Notes under the pieces: generated by a model
The model's input: only the letters and a program-made list of their open reading frames with translations
Database searches by the model: none
What the model was told of the DNA's origin: nothing
NCBI GenBank assembly: GCA_965248925.1
Contig: CBDFLE010000006.1
Location: forward strand, 4,064,001-4,128,000
Direction: 5' to 3'
Length of the DNA stretch: 64,000 nucleotides
DNA from: Candidatus Multivoradales bacterium
Lineage (GTDB): Bacteria; Acidobacteriota; Thermoanaerobaculia; Multivoradales; J023
Translations under genes and position numbers: made by a program
Shown: positions 58,969 through 64,000 of the stretch, piece after piece
Position numbering within the stretch: position 1 is the stretch's first letter
Layout: each line of letters starts with the position of its first letter

Positions 58969-60969
58969 ATGGACTACCAAAATCTGTGGATCAACTTGCA
59001 GTCGCGGGGAGAGGAAGAGATCGTTGTCGAGCATATGGTGAAGCACCCGAGCGGGGACCGGCCGCTGCGGCTCGCGTTTGCCGTGGGTGATATTCAGCGC
59101 CGCCTCGCCGAGCTCGAGAAGTTGATCATCACCTGCGCGTCACAGAACCCTGATCCGAAGGTGGCCCTTGATACCGCGGAGGCCACCAAGCTGGCTAGCG
59201 CGAAAGCCAAGCTCGCTGAGTTGCAGGAAGAGCTGGGTTGCAGCTTGTATGAGGCGATCTTCTACGAACACCATGCGGGGATCGTCGCCGACCTCTGGCA
59301 CAAGCACAAGAGCCTCCGCCTGCGGCTGACCATCGATCCCAGCGATAGCAGGGTCGCGCCGCTACTCAGCTTGCCGTGGGAGCTGATGCGAGCAAGGGAG
59401 CAAGGCGATGCCTATGCTCGACTCCGTCAGACTCCCATGGTGAGGTACGGGATAGTTCCCCGCCAAGTTGTCGAGAGTCTTGCCGGGGAGGTCGGGGAGC
59501 TGCCCGAGTCTCCCGAGCTACGGGTCCTCTTTGCCGCTGCTTCTCCCGACCAGCCCGAGCGGGCGATCGACATCGACGGTTTCCGAGAGTGGCTGGAGCA
59601 AGGTATGGCGAGCGCTCAGAAGCTCGCGCCCAAGGTGCTTTCGCAGACCACAATCCAGTCTCTGGATGCGGCGTTGCGGGACTCAGAACCTCACATCTTG
59701 GTGTTGCTCAGTCACGGAGTGTTCGATCCGCAAGACGGCATCGGCTATTTGGGTCTAAAGGATCAGGATCAGGATATGGCCTCTGTGACCGACTCCGCAT
59801 TTGCCGAGATTCTCAAGGGCAAGGCCTCCCTGCGTCTGGTAGTTCTGGCGACCTGCTCCGGTGGGGCCTTGCGTCGGCGGGGTGATCAGCATCCCTATGC
59901 CAATGTTGCGGCGGCATTGTTGCTAGCCGGAATGCCCGCGGTCATTGCGATGCAGCACCCGATATCTGAGGAGGCGGTGCGGACGTTCTGCCGCGCCATG
60001 TTCGCCGATCTGGCCAAGAACTTGCCGGTAGAGGCCGCTGTTGCGGCGGGCCGCATGGCGATCTACCAGCACCCGACACACAGCCTGGAGTGGGCCACGC
60101 CGGTTCTGTTTAGCCGCGCGGACGATGGCCGGTTGGTCGCCTTGCCGGAAGAGCCGGAAGAGCAGGAACTCGGATTGGACTACGGGCAGCGGTTGCCGCT
60201 GCGGGCCGCTATTCGCAGCATCGGCCGCGGCTGGGGAGTCGAAATCGAGCAGCAGGGGCTGGCGGACCGATGGCTCAAGCTTGAAGATCACTTCCGGCCC
60301 GATCGTTTTAGGGTTCTCAAGAACCCGGATGCCTGGAATACGGTGCTATTTCCCGCGGTTGCCGACTTTCTCGAACAGGTGAGGTCAGAAGGCCGGCCCG
60401 TAGAGCTTATCTTGCCCTGTTGCGGCAGCCTCGCGTTCGCTGCCGGCTATTCAATGGAAAGATGCAACGTGCCGGTATCGGTGGTTCAGCGGGCCCGCTC
60501 CAAACGCTTCTTTCTCTGGCCCGATCGGGGACCAGAGGATGGCAAGGGTTGCGAAGGTCCGGATTGGCGGGTCGAAGAGCGGGAACTCGGCGAGCAGGGA
60601 GGCCTCGCTGTGGCACTGAGCGTGTCGACGCCAATCCACAAACATCTGAATAGCTTTATTGACCACCAACGCTTCCCAGCAGTCCGCCGGGTAGTTTGGT
60701 TCGAGCCCGAGGGCGGAGCCCACCCAACGGCGATCTTCGGGGCGGCACATGCGCGCAGACTAGTTCAGGACTTGATGCTCTGGCTGCTCAAGAACGTGAC
60801 GGTCGAAGAAGAGAAGGCGGGCCTGCACATCTTCTTTGCGGCCCCCAACAGCCTGATGTTCTATCTCGGCCAGCAGGCGGCGAGCCTGTCCCGAGTACAG
60901 ATCTGGGAACTACCATTCGGCATGGGTAGACCCGGAGAGTATGATCCGGCGATCCGGCTGCCCCTCTGA
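58969..60969 (+). CDS. CHAT-SAVED fusion (predicted cyclic-oligonucleotide-activated caspase-like protease)
   Basis: LPWELM, LSHG, LVVLATC, VIAMQHPI, EWATPVLF (CHAT); SLAFAAGY, AVALSVS, LHIFFAAPNSLMFYLGQ (SAVED). Confidence 0.88.
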   Translation: MDYQNLWINLQSRGEEEIVVEHMVKHPSGDRPLRLAFAVGDIQRRLAELEKLIITCASQNPDPKVALDTAEATKLASAKAKLAELQEELGCSLYEAIFYEHHAGIVADLWHKHKSLRLRLTIDPSDSRVAPLLSLPWELMRAREQGDAYARLRQTPMVRYGIVPRQVVESLAGEVGELPESPELRVLFAAASPDQPERAIDIDGFREWLEQGMASAQKLAPKVLSQTTIQSLDAALRDSEPHILVLLSHGVFDPQDGIGYLGLKDQDQDMASVTDSAFAEILKGKASLRLVVLATCSGGALRRRGDQHPYANVAAALLLAGMPAVIAMQHPISEEAVRTFCRAMFADLAKNLPVEAAVAAGRMAIYQHPTHSLEWATPVLFSRADDGRLVALPEEPEEQELGLDYGQRLPLRAAIRSIGRGWGVEIEQQGLADRWLKLEDHFRPDRFRVLKNPDAWNTVLFPAVADFLEQVRSEGRPVELILPCCGSLAFAAGYSMERCNVPVSVVQRARSKRFFLWPDRGPEDGKGCEGPDWRVEERELGEQGGLAVALSVSTPIHKHLNSFIDHQRFPAVRRVVWFEPEGGAHPTAIFGAAHARRLVQDLMLWLLKNVTVEEEKAGLHIFFAAPNSLMFYLGQQAASLSRVQIWELPFGMGRPGEYDPAIRLPL

Positions 60970-61014
60970 GGCTGAGTCGCAAGAGAAGGGGCAGCCGGGC
61001 TCTGCTCAATCGGC

Positions 61015-61176
61015 CTACGGCGTGTCATCCGCCGGCTGCTTGGTTTTCTCTTCTGCCGGCTGTGCGTCGTGGTCCTGTGACATTTTGCCGGTCGCCTTGC
61101 TCTTCTTGCCAGGTACATCCATGCCGAGAATCCAAGCTCCCTTCTGGCTCATTGTTTGTTCTGGGTCATCGCACAT
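61015..61176 (-). CDS. Small 53-aa hypothetical peptide
   Basis: AGGAG-N6-ATG; MCDDPEQTMSQKGAWILGMDVPGKKSKATGKMSQDHDAQPAEEKTKQPADDTP; not in the supplied ORF track. Confidence 0.55.
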   Translation of the reverse strand: MCDDPEQTMSQKGAWILGMDVPGKKSKATGKMSQDHDAQPAEEKTKQPADDTP

Positions 61177-61226
61177 CGCGAACTCCTACGGTTTGTTGTC
61201 AGTGGTTACGTCTCCATGCTGCGCTA

Positions 61227-61976
61227 CTATCTTCCCCCCGTGTGGTCGCTCATGAATTGAGGCACTCCCTCATGGGCGTCGCTAGGTTCAAGAATCAAGC
61301 CCTTTCGCCCTCCTTTTTCGCCTTTGCCAACGACGTAGATTGATGAGACTGCACATTCTTCGGCAGCTTGGAAGGCGCCGATCGACATGGGCACCGTGCC
61401 GCCTGTGGTGTCGACAAAAATGCGGTGGCGGTGAATGCCAAGACGCTTGAAACGGTCAACGAAGTGCAGTGCCATTCGCCGGCTGTCTTCTGGATTGTGC
61501 GGATCATCAAGCCAGAAACCGCCGCGGTCGATCTCGGCAACTGGCGGGTAGATCTCTACCCGATCGGCGAAGCTGCGAGCCAACTTGGCGGCGATCTTCT
61601 GAGTTTGTTCAGTGTATAGAAATGCCACGCGCTCGGGCTGTAGGTGACGCAAGATCCACTCCGGCTGCTCGCGGCGGCTGACCGGGACCACCATCGCATC
61701 GACCTGCTGTTCGAGGATTGCAAGCCGAACGCCTGCGTTGGCGAACTCACGGCGTCGCACCCAGCGCCGCACTAGACGGCGCACCGAGCCGCGTTCGATC
61801 AAGGCGAGTAGAAACCCCGCCGCACCTAGACAACTCCAGGCGAAGCTGAGCAGGATTCCGGCATGATCGAAGGCATCAATCCAACCCGGCGAAAAAAGCT
61901 TGGAGAAGAGGACCGCCGCAGTGGCAATTGCCAGGAAGAAAGCAGCGGTCAGTAGGATTGTGCGTAGCTTGGGCAT
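61227..61976 (-). CDS. Transmembrane-CARF effector (Cam1/Cam2-like)
   Basis: Two N-terminal hydrophobic helices; CARF motifs VVPVS..QPE, VAFLYT, IFVDTTGGTVPMSIGAF. Confidence 0.82.
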   Translation of the reverse strand: MPKLRTILLTAAFFLAIATAAVLFSKLFSPGWIDAFDHAGILLSFAWSCLGAAGFLLALIERGSVRRLVRRWVRRREFANAGVRLAILEQQVDAMVVPVSRREQPEWILRHLQPERVAFLYTEQTQKIAAKLARSFADRVEIYPPVAEIDRGGFWLDDPHNPEDSRRMALHFVDRFKRLGIHRHRIFVDTTGGTVPMSIGAFQAAEECAVSSIYVVGKGEKGGRKGLILEPSDAHEGVPQFMSDHTGGR

Positions 61977-61990
61977 GATCCTACTCCCGC

Positions 61991-63127
61991 TCAGGGTTTT
62001 TCACCCAACAGGCGGATGATCTTGAGAGTCCGCATATGCGGCTTGTCGTTTCGCGCTTTGCCCAGAAGGCGCGGGCGCCAGTGATCTTGCGCCAGCATCA
62101 GTTCCTTTGCCTTGCGGGCGGCGCGCAGTAGCTCGTCGCCCTGCCAGGTGTTCTTGTAAAGCCCCTCGACAATCAACTCGTAGTCGGGCTTCTTGCGGCG
62201 AATCGCTTTTTCGGCGAGCTTGGCGAGGGAGCGGTCGAAAGGATCGAGGGCGGCATATCCGGCGTGGCGTTCCTGGGTGTCGAGCTGTCGTTCGAGCCTG
62301 GAGAGGATTCTCTTGTCTCCGGGAATCAGCTGGCCATAACCTGCCGCGGTCTTGGCGCCAGCTCCCAGCAGGTCAAGGGCCTGGCGCATCTCTGCAAAAG
62401 CCGCCGGCACCTCGGCACGGGCTGTCTCCGTGCGGGCCGCTATCTGGACGAGGAATGATGGCTGCTTGGCCACCAGGAACTTCACCGGGTTGGGACTGTG
62501 AAAATCCCCAGGCAGAAGCTCGGCGGAGTCGGCCGAATCGATCTCCTCGATTTGATCACCGCGCTCGTACCACTTGCCCATGTGCGGTGTCATCACATCT
62601 ACTACCAGCGATGGTGCGGTGATCGGTAGTGCATCGAAGAAGATCAGATCGCCGGCTCGATCGGGCTTGCCGGGTTGCTCGGGCTCACCCAACCAGCGGC
62701 GACGGCGCTCTTGGCATAGCTCAGCGGTTTCTCCGGACCATTCCTCGAGCCACCCCCGCAGTATGCCCTTGACCGCCGTGCCGGTCAGATAGGGGACTCC
62801 CAGCGTAGGGTGCCAGGCAAAACCATTCTCCAGCGGGTGCGGCAGACCGAGGCCGGATGCGAAGTGCCAGCTGGCCTGAAGCTCACGGCTCTCGGCCCCG
62901 AGCGAACGGCCCAGACGCAGCAGGCGTAGGGCCGTCGCTTCGGGTAGCTCCGTGTCGCTACAGGTGGCCTGTGCCAAGTCTCTAAGCCAGTGATTCTTGG
63001 TGTCGGGATCGTCGAGAGTCCAACCTTCTTCATAGCGAAAGAAGCGGCTGTGCCAGAGGCCCAGATGGGCGCCGGCCGGTGGTCTGTTGGGAGCGCCATG
63101 GCCACGGTATAGGGGCAGCTCAGTCAT
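61991..63127 (-). CDS. cmr6: Type III-B RAMP Cmr6
   Basis: LENGFAWHPTLGVPYLTGTAVKG, FFDALP, DVMTPH, PNPVKFL, GAGAKTAAGYG. Confidence 0.95.
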   Translation of the reverse strand: MTELPLYRGHGAPNRPPAGAHLGLWHSRFFRYEEGWTLDDPDTKNHWLRDLAQATCSDTELPEATALRLLRLGRSLGAESRELQASWHFASGLGLPHPLENGFAWHPTLGVPYLTGTAVKGILRGWLEEWSGETAELCQERRRRWLGEPEQPGKPDRAGDLIFFDALPITAPSLVVDVMTPHMGKWYERGDQIEEIDSADSAELLPGDFHSPNPVKFLVAKQPSFLVQIAARTETARAEVPAAFAEMRQALDLLGAGAKTAAGYGQLIPGDKRILSRLERQLDTQERHAGYAALDPFDRSLAKLAEKAIRRKKPDYELIVEGLYKNTWQGDELLRAARKAKELMLAQDHWRPRLLGKARNDKPHMRTLKIIRLLGEKP

Positions 63128-63548
63128 CACTGGCCTCCTCGCTCTCTGACTGGTTGTCCTCGTCCAAGAAGGCTGTTGCGAATTTGCGCACCCACTCCAT
63201 CAGGGCCATGGCCTCGGTTTGGGCGACCCGATAGTGAAACATCTTGGTCTTGGTGATGCCGGTCAGCAGATCGTCGTATTCCTCCAGAGGCTGGCCGGCC
63301 TGTGTCATCCACTCCGAGACAATGTTGTACAGCTCGCCGTGACTGCCGCCCTTCATTTTGCTGAAAGCAGCTGCCTGGCCGAGCCCATTCATGCGAATCA
63401 TGGCTGGCAACTCTTGGGCGTAGGCGCGAAACTCCTTGGCCTTGAGTTCGTTCGCGGCGATCTTCGTATTGACGGTGTTGATGATCCGTTTGAGGGCGAA
63501 CGCTGCGCGTCGCTGTTCGATGGTTTGCGGTACGGCTGCGGGGTCCAT
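63120..63548 (-). CDS. cmr5: Type III-B small subunit Cmr5
   Basis: TIEQRRAAFA, LPAMIRMNGLGQA, EAMALMEWVRKFA. Confidence 0.93.
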   Translation of the reverse strand: MDPAAVPQTIEQRRAAFALKRIINTVNTKIAANELKAKEFRAYAQELPAMIRMNGLGQAAAFSKMKGGSHGELYNIVSEWMTQAGQPLEEYDDLLTGITKTKMFHYRVAQTEAMALMEWVRKFATAFLDEDNQSESEEASDD

Positions 63549-63550
63549 GC

Positions 63551-64000
63551 TCAGCCCTCCACGGTGGGGAGTTGAACTCGGCACCAGCCCATGCCAACGG
63601 TTTCGTTACCTCCGAGCTGTAGGTAAGGCTGCTCGCCGAAGAGCTGAGCTAGGGTTTCACTCAGCACCTGAGCCGAACTCTTCTTCAGATCGCTACGCGA
63701 GGCCCACGCGGCCAGCGCTACGTAGAGCAGAGTGTCTGGCGGCAGGGTTTCCTCATACCAGAGGGCGCCGGATTCCACCGTCTTCGTCTTGTTGTCGATC
63801 CGCACATGCGCTGCCACAGGAACCGCGAAGCGGGCCAGATATCCGAACAGGTCGTCGTCGACGACGGCCAGCTGCTCGCTCAAGCGATCTCCAGCTTGGG
63901 GATCGGGGAACAGGTCGGCGAGCTCCCCTATCACGCTAGTGAGATCCCCGGTGACGACCTCCAGGCGAAACTCCTCGAGGAAGAGCAGGCTGTCGCTACT
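63551..64000 (-). CDS. cmr4: Type III-B RAMP Cmr4 (3' part; runs off window end)
   Basis: HVRID..T.TVESGALWYEETLPPDTL, QLGGNETVGMG. Confidence 0.95.
   Translation of the reverse strand, partial: SSDSLLFLEEFRLEVVTGDLTSVIGELADLFPDPQAGDRLSEQLAVVDDDLFGYLARFAVPVAAHVRIDNKTKTVESGALWYEETLPPDTLLYVALAAWASRSDLKKSSAQVLSETLAQLFGEQPYLQLGGNETVGMGWCRVQLPTVEG

Noticed and set aside
1-64000. tRNA, rRNA or riboswitch genes
   Set aside because: None recognised by eye; a covariance-model search was not possible

Overview
High-GC (about 64% by eye) bacterial chromosomal window. The gene content (CHAT-TPR, DUF11/C25 giant protein, LmbE, PQQ-propeller fusion) suggests Acidobacteriota, Thermoanaerobaculia-like; this is inference. 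Positions 1-52.5 kb mix housekeeping and envelope genes (pyrC, apaH, rsmE, hflKC, dacB, two NupC transporters, DinG-like helicase) with many toxin-antitoxin modules and several genes eroded by internal deletions, nonsense codons or frameshifts. Positions 52.6-64 kb hold a type III-B CRISPR-Cas locus. It has a 27-repeat array split by an IS3 element and a cas2-RT-cas1 adaptation module with a stand-alone reverse transcriptase. It also has cmr4 (partial), cmr5, cmr6 and two predicted cyclic-oligoadenylate effectors: a TM-CARF protein and an oppositely oriented CHAT-SAVED protease, with an unannotated 53-aa ORF between them. Separately, a secreted Cys-repeat protein (48683->46356) continues in frame past its UGA for 52 codons, and the UGA is followed by an fdhF-like SECIS hairpin, making it a candidate new selenoprotein. 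A methyltransferase with the full eukaryotic PRMT signature is also present. All calls rest on manual motif recognition; no searches were run.
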